A stretch of DNA of 62,904 bases, counting the filler, from Isurus oxyrinchus (lineage: Eukaryota): NCBI GenBank assembly GCA_026770705.1. It is 2 parts of 2 records of this genome, joined end to end, with 100 filler letters (N's around TTAATTAATTAA, not from the genome) between each part and the next. Parts side by side here need not be neighbours in the genome. Positions count along the whole stretch, not along the records: positions 31,674 to 62,904 come from JANJGN010000210.1; 1 more part is not named here. The stretch is one strand, 5' to 3'. A program made the position numbers and the translations under genes. Below the pieces are notes generated by a model, which searched no databases, was not told where the DNA came from, and saw nothing but the letters and a program-made list of their open reading frames with translations. Of this stretch, positions 38,501 through 52,479 are shown piece by piece (positions within the stretch are counted from its first letter, which is position 1; every line of letters starts with the position of its first letter).

Positions 38501-39525
38501 ATAGGGCCTAGTGCAGTGATTACTAATACAAGGTCTAGATTGATAAATACTGAGGTAGAGCATAGTGCAGTGATTACTGATAGAGTCTAGATTAATAGAA
38601 ACTGAAAGAGGACCAAGTGCAGTGATTACTGATACAAGGTCTTGAGATATTAACTGAGACAAGGTCTAGTTCAGTGATTACTGATACAGGCTACAGATTA
38701 AAAGAAACTGAGGCAGGGCCTAGTGTAGTGATTACTGACACAGGATATAGATTAATACAATCTGATACAGGGCCAAATGCAGCGATTACCGGGTCTGGAG
38801 TAATAGAAACTGCAGCAGGGCATTGTACAGTGATTACTGATACAGGGTCTAGATTAATAGAAATTGAGACAAGGTCCAGTGCTGTGTTTACTGATACATG
38901 GTCCTGATCAATATAAACTCAGACAATGACCAGTGCAGTGATGACTGATACAGGGTCTAAATTGATATAAACTGAGGCAGTACATTGCACAGTGATTACT
39001 GATACAAGTCTAGGTTAGTATAATCTGGACAGGCTCTAGTGCAGTGATTACTGATACAGGATCTTCATTAATATAAACTGAGACAGGCTCTACTGCAGTG
39101 ATTACTGATATAAGGTCTAAATTGATATAGACTGTGACAGGGTCTAGTATAGCGATTACTGATATAGGGCCAAGATTAATATAAACTGAGACAGGATCTA
39201 GTGAGTTATTACTGACAAAGGGACTATATTAATGTTTAATGAGAAAGGGTCTAATGCACTGATTACTAATGCAGCATCTAGATTTTTATAAGCTGTGACA
39301 GGATCCAATGCAGTTATTACTGACATAGGGTTTAGATTGATATAAACTGAGGCAGTGCATAGTGCAGTGATTACTGATACAAGGTCTAGATTAATAGAAA
39401 CTGAGACAGGGCCAAGTGCATTGATTACTGATACAGGCTCTAGGTTAAGATAAACTGAGACAGGGTGTGGTGCAGTGATTACTGATGAATGATCTGGACT
39501 AACAAAGTGAGACAGGGCCAAGTGC
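35530..39525. repeat. ~4 kb satellite, ~54-bp unit TAATATAAACTGAGACAGGGTCTAGTGCAGTGATTACTGATACAGGGTCTAGAT
   Basis: Tandem diverged units with an internal ACAGGGTCTAG duplication and ~1.1 kb higher-order blocks. Confidence 0.92.
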
Positions 39526-40749
39526 AAGAATTACTTCATCAGTGGCACCCATATCCCAAGAATGAATTAAAGCGCTGCAAAGTACTACAGATTCTGGAAA
39601 TGTAAAGCAAAACAAAAAAAAACACACTTAGCAGGCCTGTGGGCATCAGTTCGGAGAGAAACAGATCAAATTTTCAGGTAGATGGCAGGTGCAAAATATC
39701 CCTTGGTACCTTCTTGAGAGCAGGACTGTTCGCCCCACTATCCCAGACCAATATTCATTCTTCAACTAAAATCACATATTATCTGGTCATTTTTCACAGC
39801 TCTATTCGTGGGATCTTGCTGTGTACAAATCACCAGATGCATTTCCAACATCACAGCAGTGTCTAAACTTCAACAAAACTACATCAACGAGTTTTAAGGA
39901 TCGTGAGCATCATTCTATAAATGCAAATTATTTCTAAATGTTAACATTTTAAAATGATAGTTGCAATATGTTGAAAACTCAGAGATTAAAAATTATTGTA
40001 GGTCAGTCCTCTGGCTGCCGTTTTAACTTGTCCAGTTTAAAAGGGTTAAATCTTCAATCAAATTGACATTTAGTGGACTCCCAGCTAGATGAAAGATTGT
40101 GATAGTAGATTTTTTGGAATTAAATTCTTAATTTAAATGTATTTTTGTTTATTTGAAATAAATAATGTGTTCTTATGGATGTTGAAGTTTCCATTCATTT
40201 TGTACCAACTGTCAATATTCTTAAAATAAAACCTTGTTTTGAGTTGAAACCAATCAATAAGTGTCTGTGTTTATCTGTTTTTGCTGCCATGAACACTTCA
40301 TTGAAACCAGTGAGGCATTTATGTAAATAAACACGGAAATAGAAGTCCTAGATTAGATTCTGGAGAGACACATACACAGCAAATATTTCCCCACCAACAC
40401 AGAAATAGAGCCAAACATGCAAATACATCAACCGATTCCAGTTTTTTTGAGCAATTTTAAAATTAGTTATATGAGCATTATGTCACGATGATATCCATGT
40501 TCATAATTAAGATAGACTCCCACTTATCATGAAATATAATGGCACGGCAAATGTGTTTGTAGAGATTTCCTGTACCCTCTCCCTCTCTCTCTCTGTCTCT
40601 TTCTCTTATTTGGTTCTTTGTCTTGTCTCTCCACCATGGGTCACTGTCTTTCCTCCACAACATGAAGTCAATGTCTAGCCAATGTATTCTCTCGGCACGA
40701 TTTATGCACTTTAACCTAAATGGATCAAATGAAATGGATTAGAATCCGT

Positions 40750-41700
40750 AGAGGGAACTTTATTCTAAATCTGTTTTGAGCATTCAATGACCTGGGAGTG
40801 CTTGAAGGGGAAACTTTACCCTGTATCTAACCTGTGTTGCACCCAGTAGCGAGGATCTGATGTCGCAATGCCGAAAGATCTTTCCCTGTATCTAACCTGT
40901 GCTGTCCCGGCCTTTGGAGTGTTTGATGGGACAGTGTAGACTGGGACAATTTCACTCTGAATCTAACCCGTGCTATACCTGCCTTAGGAGTTTTTCATGT
41001 GGCAATGTAGAGGGAGCTTTACATTATTAATGTAGTCCCATGCTACACCTGACCTGGGAATGTTTAACGGAGTCGCAGGCCCTGTCTCTGCATTACACTA
41101 GGCCGTGTCTAACCGCATTTTACCAGTGCTGGGCCTTCCCTGGGAGTATTTAATACGGCAATGTAGAGGGAGCTTTAAATTCTGTGCCTCGCCCTGGGAG
41201 TGTTTGATGGGACAGTAGGCCTGGTGTCAATATTGCACTCGACCATGACCCTGCCCGTGTTAATCTTACAATAGACCCTGTCTGTGTTTGCATTACACTA
41301 GGCCCTGTCTCAGTTTATATTACGATCGCCATATCTCTGTTCATACAGCACGTGACGCTGACTCTCTTTATACTACACTGGATTCTGTCTGTTTGTATTT
41401 CACTAGGCCCTGTCCCTGTTTATATCACACTCAAATATTTCTGTTTATATTATACTCGGCATGTCTCTGTTTATACTGCATTAGACGCTGTTCTTGTTTA
41501 TATTAAACTAGACCTGGTCTGTGTTTATAATACACTAGACGCTACCTCTGTTTATATTACATTGGACCCTGCTTCTGTTTATATTACTCTAGATCCTGTC
41601 TTTGCTTCTGTTAAACAAGGCCTTGTCTCTTTATATTACACTTGACATGTCTCTGTATACATTTATCTAGACCTGGCTCTGTATTGAAATAGGCGTTGCC
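40750..41700. repeat. Two short tandem arrays: a GGAGTGTTTGATGGGACAGTGTAGAGGGAG-type unit (40750-41220) and a ~30-bp CTAGACCCTGTCTCTGTTTATAT-type unit (41260-41700)
   Basis: Repeated units read directly; the second is related to the reverse complement of the 54-bp satellite subunit. Confidence 0.7.
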
Positions 41701-41899
41701 TCAGTTCTGCGCTACATCATGCTTGCATTTAAATTCCATTAGACCGGCCTCAGTTATTACTGCACTGCACAACCCCAATAATGTGGAAATTGGTTGGGGT
41801 GGAAATGGTGATGATCAGACATCATGATGGTGGGAACGTTAATGATGCAAAAAATCTTTCGAAAACAATTATCATGGGTGCCTATTTAGACGTCGTGAC

Positions 41900-42680
41900 C
41901 TGCACTTTGTAGGAAGAATAGAGGCAAAGAGTATTGTCTAAATGGGAGGATAATTCAGAAATCTGGAGTGCAAAGGGACCTTGGAGTCCTAGTCCAGGAT
42001 TCTATTAAGGTTAACTTGCAGGTTGAGTCGGTAGTTAGGAAGGCAAATACAATGTTGGCATTTATTTCAAGAGGACTAGAATATAAAAGCAAGGATGTGC
42101 TGCTGAGGATTTATAAGGCTATGGTCAGACCACATTTAGAATATTGTGACCAATTTTGGGCCTCGTATCTCAGGAAGGATGTGCTGACCCTGGAGAGGGT
42201 CCTGAGGACGTTCACAAGAATGATCCCAGGAATGAAAGGCTTAACACATGAGGAAGATTTGAGGACTCTGGGTCTATACTCGATGGCGTTTAGAAGGATG
42301 AGGGGGGATCTGATTGAAACTTACAGAATACTGAAAGACCTGGATAGAGTGCACATGGGGAAGATGTTTCCGTTCGTAGGAGAGACTAGGCACAGCCTCA
42401 GGGTAAAGGGAAGGCCTTTTAGAACAGAGATGAGGAGAAATATTTTTAGCCAGAGAGTGGTGAATCTATGGAACTCATTTCCACAGAAGGCTGTGGAGGC
42501 CAGGTCTTTGAGTTATTTTGAGGCCGAGATAGATAGGTTTTTGATTGGTAAGGGGATCAAAGGTTACAGAGAGAAGGTGGGAGAATGGGGGTTGAGAAAC
42601 TTATCAGCCATGATTGAATGGTGGAGCAGACTCGATGGACTGAATGGCCTAATTTCTGCTCCTATGTCTTATGCTCTTAT
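41900..42680 (+). mobile_element. CR1-type LINE 3' end
   Basis: ORF 41968-42756 QRDLGVLV..KANTMLAFISRG..VRPHLEYC..FSQRVVNLWNS. Confidence 0.9.
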
Positions 42681-42999
42681 AGTCTTGTCCTCCCTGCATC
42701 CCAGATTTGTGTTCATAAGCCACAGATCTCTCTTATCTAGCAGCTGTTTAAATTAAAGCATTTAATGCCTATTTCCAGGGTCTACAGCAATAACACAAGG
42801 GAATCTACTAATGTAACATAAACAGAGGACAATAACATAAATAACTGAGACAGGGTCTAGTGTTACAGAACTATGGACCAGAGCAGTAACAACGAGACAG
42901 GCCCAGTGTAATATGAACAGAGACATGGTGGAGTGCAGCAATATTGACACCAGATGACCTGAAGACCCACATAACCAGATAAGATAGGGGTGGAGATAC

Positions 43000-45410
43000 C
43001 TCCTGGGCATTAACACCTATTGCCCTCCTTCAGATGATGAATCTGTACTCCTTCATCTTTAGCACTACTTTGAAGAACCACTGAGGGTAGCAAAGGCAAT
43101 GCATGTGCTGTGGGTTTGCAAAGACAATTACCATTTGACAAGACCACTAATGACCGAGCTGGATGAGTCCTGAATGATGTATCTGCCAGGCTGGACCTGC
43201 CACAGGTAGTGAGAGAGCCAACACGAGGGAAAACCTGACCTGGTCTCAGGCCCATCACACTATCAATATAGGTGAGATTGACCCCTGCACTTTCCTTGCG
43301 GAAACCAAGTCCGGTATTCATACTGAACACATTCTCCATTGTGTTATGCGGCACTGCCGCTGTCCTAAACTGGGTACGTTCAGAACAGGTCTAGCAGTTC
43401 AAAACTTGGCAACAACGAGATGCTGGTGGCTATCAGCAACTGAATAATTGCATTCAATCACAACCTGTAATCTCATGGACCAGAATATCCCTCACTCACA
43501 CCTTGGTGTGCACATCCACAGATCCCTGAAGCTAGCAGGGCAAGTAAATGAGGTGGTTAGGAAGGCATATTGGACACTTACCTTTATTAACCGAGGCATA
43601 GAATACAAGAGTAAGGAGGTTATGCTGGAATTGTATAATACGTTGGTTAGGCCACAACTGGAGTGCTGCATGTAGTTCTGGTCACCACATTATAAGAAGA
43701 ATGTGAGTGCACTGGAGAGAGTGCAAAGGAGATATACCAGGGTGCTGCCAGGCTGGAGGGCCTGAGCCATGACGAAAGATTGGATAGGCTGGGGCTGTTT
43801 TCCTTAGAGCAACGAAGGTGGAGAGGGGATAGAGGTGTAAAAGATTATAGGGGTATAGATAGAGTGGATAGGAAGGCACTTTTTCCATTTTTAGGGGGTG
43901 GGGGGTCAATTACCAGAGGGCACAGATTTAAGGTAAGAGGTAGAACACTAAGAGAGGAGTTGAGGAGAATTTTTTTCACCCAGCGAGTGGTTGGAATCTG
44001 GAACTCATTGCCTGAAAGTGTGGTTGACTCAGGAACTTTCGCAAAATTTAATAAGTATTTAAGTTATCACTTAAGCTGTCATAGCTTCCAGGGCTATGGT
44101 CCAATCGCTGGAAAATTGGATTAGTGCAGTCAAATCGTTGTTGATCGGTGCAGAAACGGTGGGCCGAATGGCCTCCTTCTGTGCTGTAAACGTCCACGAG
44201 TCTAACATTCAGCCTGGGGACAATGAGGAATGTAGAACAGCAGGTCAAAAGCAAAACTAGGCATACCTGAAAATGATAAACCACCGTGTGAAGCTAAAAG
44301 ACTGTACTCAATGGACAACAGATCAAATCCATCTCCTTGCTGCTCAATCAGTCTACTCTCAATCATCAGTAAAGTGATTGAATGTATCGCCGACCTGCTC
44401 ACAAAGCTCAGACTTGATACACCCGGATCAGTCAGCTTCAAAGCTCATTGTAAATTTGACCTGAACATGGTCAAGAGAATGGACTTCCAGACATGATGTG
44501 TGAGTGCTTTAGCACTTGCTGTCAAAGTAGCTATTGACTGAGTCTGGCATTAAGAAGCCTTGGGAAGCAAGGGTAAGTCTCTCCAATGGCTGGAGTCACA
44601 TCTAATACACATGAAGATGTTGTGGTTGTTGGAGAAAAATCATCTTGGCACAGAACATCGTTCCAGGAGTCCCTCAGAGAAGTGTCCTTGGCCCAACCAT
44701 CTTCAGTCACTTCATCAATTACTTTCCCTTCATCACTGGGTCAAGAGTTGGGATGTTCGTTCATATTTTCAGTGTTCAGTTCCATTTATGACCTCTCAGG
44801 TAATGAAACCGTCCTTACTTGCTGCATCTCGAACTGGACAAAATTCATCTTTGAGATTGTAAGTTGCAAGTGACATAAGCAACACACAAGTGCCAGGCAA
44901 TGACCAACTCCAACAATAAGGAAACCAATCATCTCTGCTCAAATTTCAAAAGGCATTACTGTCCCTGAAACCCACCATCAACGTCATGCAGGTATCATTC
45001 AACAGAAACTGAACTGGAACAGCCATATAAATACTGTGGGTACAAGAGTAGGTCAGAGGCTGGGGATTCTGTGGTGAATAACTTACCTCTAGACACCCGA
45101 AGCCTTTCCACCATTTGCAAGTCTGCAAGTCAGATGCCTATTGGAAATTGTTTACTTTCCTAGATGAATGTAACTTCAGCAACACTCAAGAATCTCCACA
45201 TCAACCAGGGGAAATCAACCCCTTGATAGGCACCTCATCCAGGAGTTAAACATTCATTCCCATCACCACCGATACACAGTGGCTGCAGAGTGTACCATCC
45301 ACAAGATGCACTGCAGCAACTCGCCAAGGCCTCTTCAACAATACCTTCCATACCTGTGACCTCCACCTCCCAGAATAACAAGGGCAATAAGCACACGGGA
45401 ACACAATGCC
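43000..45410 (+). mobile_element. Old LINE (family of 6400-7318) with a nested CR1 3' end at ~43495-44200
   Basis: 44930-45410 aligns by eye with 6590-7070; the nested CR1 reads LYNTLVRPQLE..FFTQRVVGIWNSLP. Confidence 0.7.
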
Positions 45411-46089
45411 CTGCATCCTCGTACACATACATCTCTGTAGGGGAGAAATTGGCCTTGGGCGCTGGCAAAGAGGAAGCGATATCTGAAATCTCATTCTGCT
45501 GACTGCGCTGAAGGTGAATATCAAGTGCTGCGTAGCACGTACGGCCGATGCTATACCGCCCGTTTCAGGCTACTGCCAGATGCCAATGTCCAGGCCAAGA
45601 TCTTTATTTTCAATATTATCTCTCCTTCTCATAGACACATGGGGTAATGCAGCTATAATTTAAACAGAGGCATAGATTAAAGCAAAACACTGCTGATGCT
45701 GGAAATCTGAATTAAAAACAAAAAATGCTGGAAAAACGCAGCATCTGTGGGGAGAAAAACAGAGTTAACGTTTCGAGTCCGTATGACTCTTCTTCAGAGG
45801 CATAGTCTAGTGCTGTAGCTACAATGACCAGGTCTGGTACAATATACACATTGTCAAGATCGAACATAATATAAACAGAGACAGGGTCTATTTTAATATA
45901 AACGGAGACAGGGCCTAATGTAACATAAGTGGAGACAGGGTCCAGAGCAATGCAAACTGAGATGGCTTCCATTGGAACATTAAGGAGATAGGGTCTATTT
46001 TAATACACACACAGGCCTGATCCAGCATAATAGAAATAAAACAGTTCCCAGGACATTAATAATCGAACCAGGATCCTGTATAACATGGG

Positions 46090-46652
46090 AGGGACGATCG
46101 TGCATTGGGAACGTCACTGGGTTAGTAACCCAGAGATCCAGACCTTTTCCCTGGGGATAGGGGTTTGAATTCCGTTATGGCAGCAAGAGGAATCGAAATT
46201 TAATTAATAAATCTGGAATTGAAAGCTCGTCTCAATAATGATGACCATGAAATTATAATCGATTATCATAAACATCCACCTGGCTCACCAATGCCCTTTA
46301 GAGAAGGAAATCTGCCGTCCTTACCTAGTCTGGCCTATATTTTTATTCTTCGTTCATGGGAATGTGGGCGGCACTGGCTAGGCCAGCATTTATTGCCCAT
46401 CCCTAATTGCCCTTGAGAACAGTGTGGCTTGTTACGCTATTTAAGAGTCAACCACATTGCTGTGGGTCTGCAGTCACATGCAGTCCAGACCAGGTGGCAT
46501 TAGTGTGAACCAGATGGGTTTTTACGACAATGGTTTCATGGTCATCATTAGATTTTTTAATTAAAATTTCATCATCTGCCGTGGGGGGATTCAAACACAG
46601 ATCCCAAGCCAATTACTAGCCGAGTGAGAATGCCATTACACCACCGCTTCCC
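46090..46652. mobile_element. Two copies of one SINE in inverted, tail-to-tail orientation (+ 46090-46338, - 46340-46652)
   Basis: Both match the SINE at 50175-50560; B-box-like GGGTTTGAATTCC in the + copy. Confidence 0.7.
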
Positions 46653-47599
46653 ATGCATACAACTCCAGACCCACAAATTTGTGCAGCCCCATTCTCCGGC
46701 TATTTGTTTAATTGCCCACCACCATTAACGACTGGATGTGACAGGACTGCAGAGGTAAAATCTAATCTGTTGGATGTGGTATCTTCCAGACTATGTCTGG
46801 ATATAAATATTGGTATTGACTGGTGCAGTATTAATTGAAACAGGGTACAGTGACATATAAACAGAGGCAGTGTTTGGTCTAACATAAGATGATATGGAGT
46901 CCAATTTAAAACGACAGAGACAGGGTCCAGTGCAGTGTTAATTGTGACAATGCCTGCTTCATAGAATGGATCCTTCAAGATTTCAAATCCATCTGCTGGC
47001 CAAACTTTGCAATTGCAGCTACTGTGAAAATGTCGCTGTCAGGTTAGATCTTTGACATTATTGTATCAAGAGTCCAGTTCCTCAGAGGTAGTACCACATC
47101 ACCTTCTACGGGAAGTGTCAAAATTTAACAAAATTCAACTAATTGCAGATAAACGTGGTTCATTAGCACACGTTAAAGTCAGCACCAGAGTAAAGCGGCC
47201 CAATTCCTGGTGATGTAACTTTGTTCATTTTGATCAAAGGGAGGGATGTTGACCAGGGCGCTGTATAGAGACCATGGGAACTTTAATGTCCACCTCAACA
47301 AATATAGTGTTGGGGAGAGTTTATTGGTTCATGAGACCACCTGAAAGACAGTTAGGGTCATTTTCTTCAATAGCTACGCGCTCTGGAGCCTCCCAGGAAG
47401 TCAAGGTGGGATCTTACCTTGAAGCACAAGATGCCATTTTGGTCTGTGTGTGTGTGTAAGGGAGAGGGAGGGAGACAGACGGAGACGTACATCATATTGT
47501 TTGCAACTGAATTTCACGAAGGTCCTGGACAACCTTCCATCGATGAAAGGTCACAGATACACAATGGAAATAAACCCATTGCAGATGTACTGATGGCTG

Positions 47600-49030
47600 A
47601 GGGGGGGCAATTGTTGTGAGGCAGGTTCTGCCGGAAATGCTTCACATGAAGCTACAAAATGTCGTTGTGGGTTGTTTTTTTTCGGTGAAGACCTCGATTG
47701 CCAAACTGCTGTAGCCATTGGACATCGTGGTGGTTCACACCAATCCACAGAAGGTGTCGTCATTTTCCTCAGTCATCAGTTAGTTACATTCAGTTGTGAT
47801 AATCGATATTTAGGGCTTTCACTTCAAGCATTCTGGAAGTGGAGGTTTGGGCGTCCCACTGGTTGTCTGCCTCCGGCTACCTCACCATACAGAAAGTCTT
47901 TGTGCATGTGACCATCTTCCATCCTATGTACGTTCCCAAGCCACCAGCACCATCTCTGTTTCATGAGCTCCACGGTCTTGGGAGCTCTGCCTTTGAGAGT
48001 ATTACTGCATTCGTGTCTTTACCCTGCCAGTACATACCCATAATGTGCACCAGGCAGTGAATATGGAAATTGTGGAGCTCCTTTTCTTGATAACTGTAAG
48101 TCGTCCATGTTTCACAGCCATAAAACAAGGTGTTGAGAGCACAGGCCGTATAAACCATCAGCTTGGCCTTAAGGGTCAGTTTGATGTTATTCCAGGGGCA
48201 TTTCATGAGTAAGCCAAAAGTAGCAGCTGCTTTCCCCTTGCGGGTATCAAGTTCTGCAGCAAGCACCAGGCTGCCTGACACAGTGGAACCCAATGAGCAG
48301 AATTTACTTCCATCCGAGTGTTAATTAGTGTGATCAATGGCGGAAATGCAACACCTTGTCCCATGACCAGTGTTTCCTTCATGTTTATAGTCAGGGAGAA
48401 CAAGTTACAGGCATGGGAGAGTCAGTTCATCAGTCTTTGTGGATGAGTTTCCGTTTTGTTGACGAAATTATCAGCTTCGAGCAATTCTTTGATCAGGATT
48501 CAATGTGTTTTTGTCTTCGCTTTCAGTCTTCTAGCTTGTGGGGCTTGCAGTCTGACCGGGTGTGTGAGTTCATTCCATATCTACAGGGAAGGCAAAAATA
48601 AGCAGCGTGGAGAAGAAGATGCTAAACAAAATGGGGGCTAGGACACAGGCCTGTTTCATTCCATTCTTCACTCCGAATCTGTCGGAAGTGGAATAATTAA
48701 TCTGTACAGTGCAGTGCATGTTGTCACGGAAGGAGTGAATGAGACTGAGGAGCTTTAGTCGGCAGCCAATTTTCCCCAAAATCTTGTAGGCTCCTGTCCT
48801 GCTGGCGGTGTCGAGCGTGTGGAGCAGATCATGTCCACAGAATACTTTCCCACACAAACACTACACTGTGCTTCGGCCTGCAAGTAGATGAAGTCCTTAA
48901 AATATGACCTGAGCAAAGGCCTTCCCTGTGACTCTATGAGTGAGATATTCCTGTAGTTGTTGCAGTCTCATCTGTCGTCTTTGTTTTCAGATAGTGCGAT
49001 GATTATTATGTTATTCATCTCCTGCAGAAT
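47600..49030 (-). mobile_element. RTE-clade LINE fragment
   Basis: GVKNGMKQACVLAPILFSIFF; GKAAATFG..KLMVYTACALNTLFYGCETWT..NFHIHCL. Confidence 0.8.
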
Positions 49031-49074
49031 GGATCTTATCTTTCAGCAGAGGAGGAGAAGGTCATAAAGGCTGA

Positions 49075-49345
49075 GAAAGATACATAATTATATATACCAA
49101 TTATTATCAATTCACGAAGGTAAATAATTATATTCACGAATTACCATCAATTCACAAAGATAAATAATTATATTCAGCAATTGTTATCAATTCACAAAGA
49201 TAAATATATACACCAACTATCAATTCACAAAGATAAATAATTATATTCACCAATTATGATCAACTCACAAAGATAAATAATTCCATTAATCAATTATCAT
49301 CCATTCACAAAGATAAATAATTGCATTAACCAATTATTTTCAGTA
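49075..49345. repeat. AT-rich ~40-bp tandem repeat (about 7 copies)
   Basis: TTCACAAAGATAAATAATTATATTCACCAATTA-type unit, period 40 at 49151/49191. Confidence 0.85.
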
Positions 49346-50174
49346 TTTTATTTCATATAAAATGTAATTGCGGTTCTTGTAATATCATTAACATTGATTG
49401 AGATCACATTGACCATTCTGTCAACAAGGAATCACATCTGTCCCAGAATTCAGTGGGAAATGGAATTAAATCAGACCGAGGGTAATGAGCAGCTACCCAG
49501 CAGCCTCTGCGACTTATTGACAAGTAATCACTTCATTATCACAGAGAAAGTCCTGATATTTAACTGGAGCGTGTGAGGATTTGTAAAGTCATGGCTACCT
49601 GGACCTGACGTTAGTTGATATATATTTAAATCCAGATTTGTTATTTCCCTCGTCTGGAAGGTAATGAAACATTTGCGGCCCTCCATTCAGTTTCACACTA
49701 TTTCTGTTTGCACAGTAATAGTGTTTAGTTTGTTACATTCATTAATTTGGGTGAGGATATGTTGAATGTTTCGTTATACATAAAAGGACCACATGATCCA
49801 AATATTACAATCCTCCACCCTAATCCGTATTATATACCCGTTTTCTGTGTTAAAGATGATGATTGCCCATCAGCAGGGAAGAATCACCAGTGTCGCAGGG
49901 ACATCTCCAGCCTTCTCTTGGTGACGTTCAGTTCGTTAGTTTCCGATAAGCAGGGAATGGAATTCATCCAGAAAATCTGGAAGGACTGAAGATATTAGAC
50001 TGATGTAAATTAAATACAAGACCAGCTTTAAGATATGAAGTGGTCAAGCACAAAGATGAGAAAGTAGGACAACATCTTTCAGGCGCATCTATGGATACAT
50101 CGATCAATGCATTCAGGCGTCCAACCACCATTCATTCCTGCATCACCGCAGTCATCCCTCCATTTTTGGCAGAC

Positions 50175-50560
50175 GGTTGTGTTACATTAATGTCAGTGGA
50201 CTCGTAACCCAGCGACCCAAGCTATTAACGAATTCAAATCCCATCATGGCAGTTGGTGGAATTGAAATTCAATTAGAAATCTGGGATTGAAAACTGGTCC
50301 CAGTGAAGGGAACCATGAAACTATCATCGATTGTGGAAAAAAGTCATCTGATTCACTAATGTCTTTTAGGAAAGGAAATCTGCCACTATACCTAGTCTGG
50401 CCTACATGCGACTCCAGGTCCACAGCAATATGGTGGACTCTAACTACCCTCTGAAATAGCCTCGCAAGACACTCAGCTCAAGAGCAATTAGGCACAGGCA
50501 ACAAATGCTGGCCTTGCCAGTGACTCTCACATCCCATGAAAGAGTAAAGGGGCAAAAAAA
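50175..50560 (+). mobile_element. tRNA-derived-type SINE, near full length
   Basis: Degenerate B box (ATTCAAATCCC); its 3' tail matches the tail of the LINE at 7243-7318. Confidence 0.75.
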
Positions 50561-52359
50561 TCACATAAACACACATGATTGTCTATTTCAAAATGTATCC
50601 TCTCTCTGAGTCCTATCTGATAGTCTGTCTGTAATTCTTTCTATCTATCCATCCATCCATCACAATATAATGATGTGTTGGAGAGTTCCTCAAATGAGCT
50701 TTTAATGCAAACAGGGTGTCAGAGAAGATGGATAAGTTTTCTTTCCTAGGAGATTGGAACAGTTCACATAGGTTCACAACTTAAAAAAATAAAACTGACT
50801 CCAGTGTTGTTGCTGGGTAGATTTGTTATAAATAGGCCTTGTTGACAATGTTAAGTGCTTGCAGTTGGCTTGCAGCCAAGCGGTCAGTACTGAGGAAACA
50901 GATCTTTCATTTACTGCACAAACCCCCCAGATGCTTCCTGTAAACAACATTGGACATTCGAGCCTCCCTGACTGCAGCCGGCTGGCTTGTTGCCAAATAC
51001 AGTGCGGGGCAGATTAGCCTGGATATGAATCAACAAAATGGGATTTAGCAATTCAAACAATATTGCTTTCAGTCGCACACGGAATACGCATTTTAAATGG
51101 AATTTCATCCAAGGAAATATTTTAATGAATGCCGTGTTCACTGAGATTAAATGCAATCAAAAAAATTAAATTGACCAGAAACTAGCTAATTTATATTATT
51201 TCGAAGTAAATGGCATTCCAGTTATTAAAGCATGTTCATTAAGAACTTCAAGAAGTGCGAGAGGGCGATGTTGATGGTCACAATGTCCCAGTCCAATGAG
51301 ACGAGTGCAATGGCAAAAATTAAAAAGAAATTAAATTAAAAGAAAATTGCTGAATTGCCTTAAAGCTGCAGGAATTCCTTGAATATTCTCAGAGTTGTGC
51401 ACTCATTTTACCTCAGGCGCCTCTTATTCCTGATTAGCACCGTGTACTGTACAGTTTAATTTGTGCTGATTTCGATTATTTAACAGTCCCTCTCATAGCT
51501 GCCAATGAGTGGAGAAATGACCAGTTCATGACCCGCTTCAATGGAAGATAAAACATTTATTCTTGTGATATTGTGTAATATGCCGCAAAGTCCTGATATC
51601 CTGTGTTCCCAATTCAGTGAATGGTATACAGTCGGTGGCCAATAGAATTACCTATAATGATTTGGATGCTGATCAGATTTGCTGATCTCCGTGTCCATTC
51701 TGATTCATTAGCTTCTCTGTCAAAAGTTGATGTAAATTTTATGTTTATCTATAAACTTACTGTTTAAATATCAGGGTGGCAGGCTTCTTTTTCCGCTAAT
51801 ATTCACAGGGCTGTCTTAGGTCAGGGGCTATTCGACGAATGCAAGGAGAGACATTGCACAATATGAGCAGATTCTTCTTATCTCTGGACCCAAATTGTGT
51901 GGCGATAGCCACCCATTTTATATATAATATCACTTTGTTCATCCCCCGCATTTAGCTATATAAATCAATAATAATTCCTCTGACTAATGATACTTTATTA
52001 CTGTAATGAGACAGAGACCCGGAGTTGCTGCAAAACAGACTGACAGCCCCTTTATTCCCTGATAATATAACTTACTTTTTTTCGATTCAACCCGCTGTGA
52101 AGTAGTGTAGAAATAAATGGGCTTATTTTACATTTGAATTAGTCGTTTTTATAAACTGATTCTAAGCTACAATTTCACCATTAGAGCCAATGGAGACATT
52201 ACAATAAATCCATTCAGTCAAATATGCCGATACAGATAAAATTTCCACTTTTAACAATAAACTATTGTAAACATCTGAGTCCATTCTGTTGGGGATGTGG
52301 AAGGTGGGGCGTGGATCCAGTCGCCGCCTCCACCAGGGAATCAACAGGCGGCGCCTGGA

Positions 52360-52390
52360 AACCCGCCCCTTTCTGCCGGGTATTAAAATA
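52360..52390 (+). promoter_or_regulatory. Putative VH promoter: GC box (CCGCCC) and TATA-like TATTAAAATA
   Basis: About 90-100 bp upstream of the leader ATG; no octamer seen in the proximal region. Confidence 0.5.
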
Positions 52391-52479
52391 CCGCTCACTG
52401 GGACCGGAATCCAACAGTCCGGGAGTTGGTTTGTTCACTGAGTTCTGGACAGAACCATTTTCCCCAAATGACCAGAAGG

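Noticed and set aside
35530-39525. CRISPR-like or RSS-like array (CAGTG motifs)
   Set aside because: No unique spacers and no heptamer-spacer-nonamer geometry; eukaryotic satellite
39921-40424. ATGCAAAT octamers at 39921 and 40417 as Ig promoter elements
   Set aside because: About 12 kb from VH; the first sits in a SINE-like tail (TATAAATGCAA); expected by chance in AT-rich DNA
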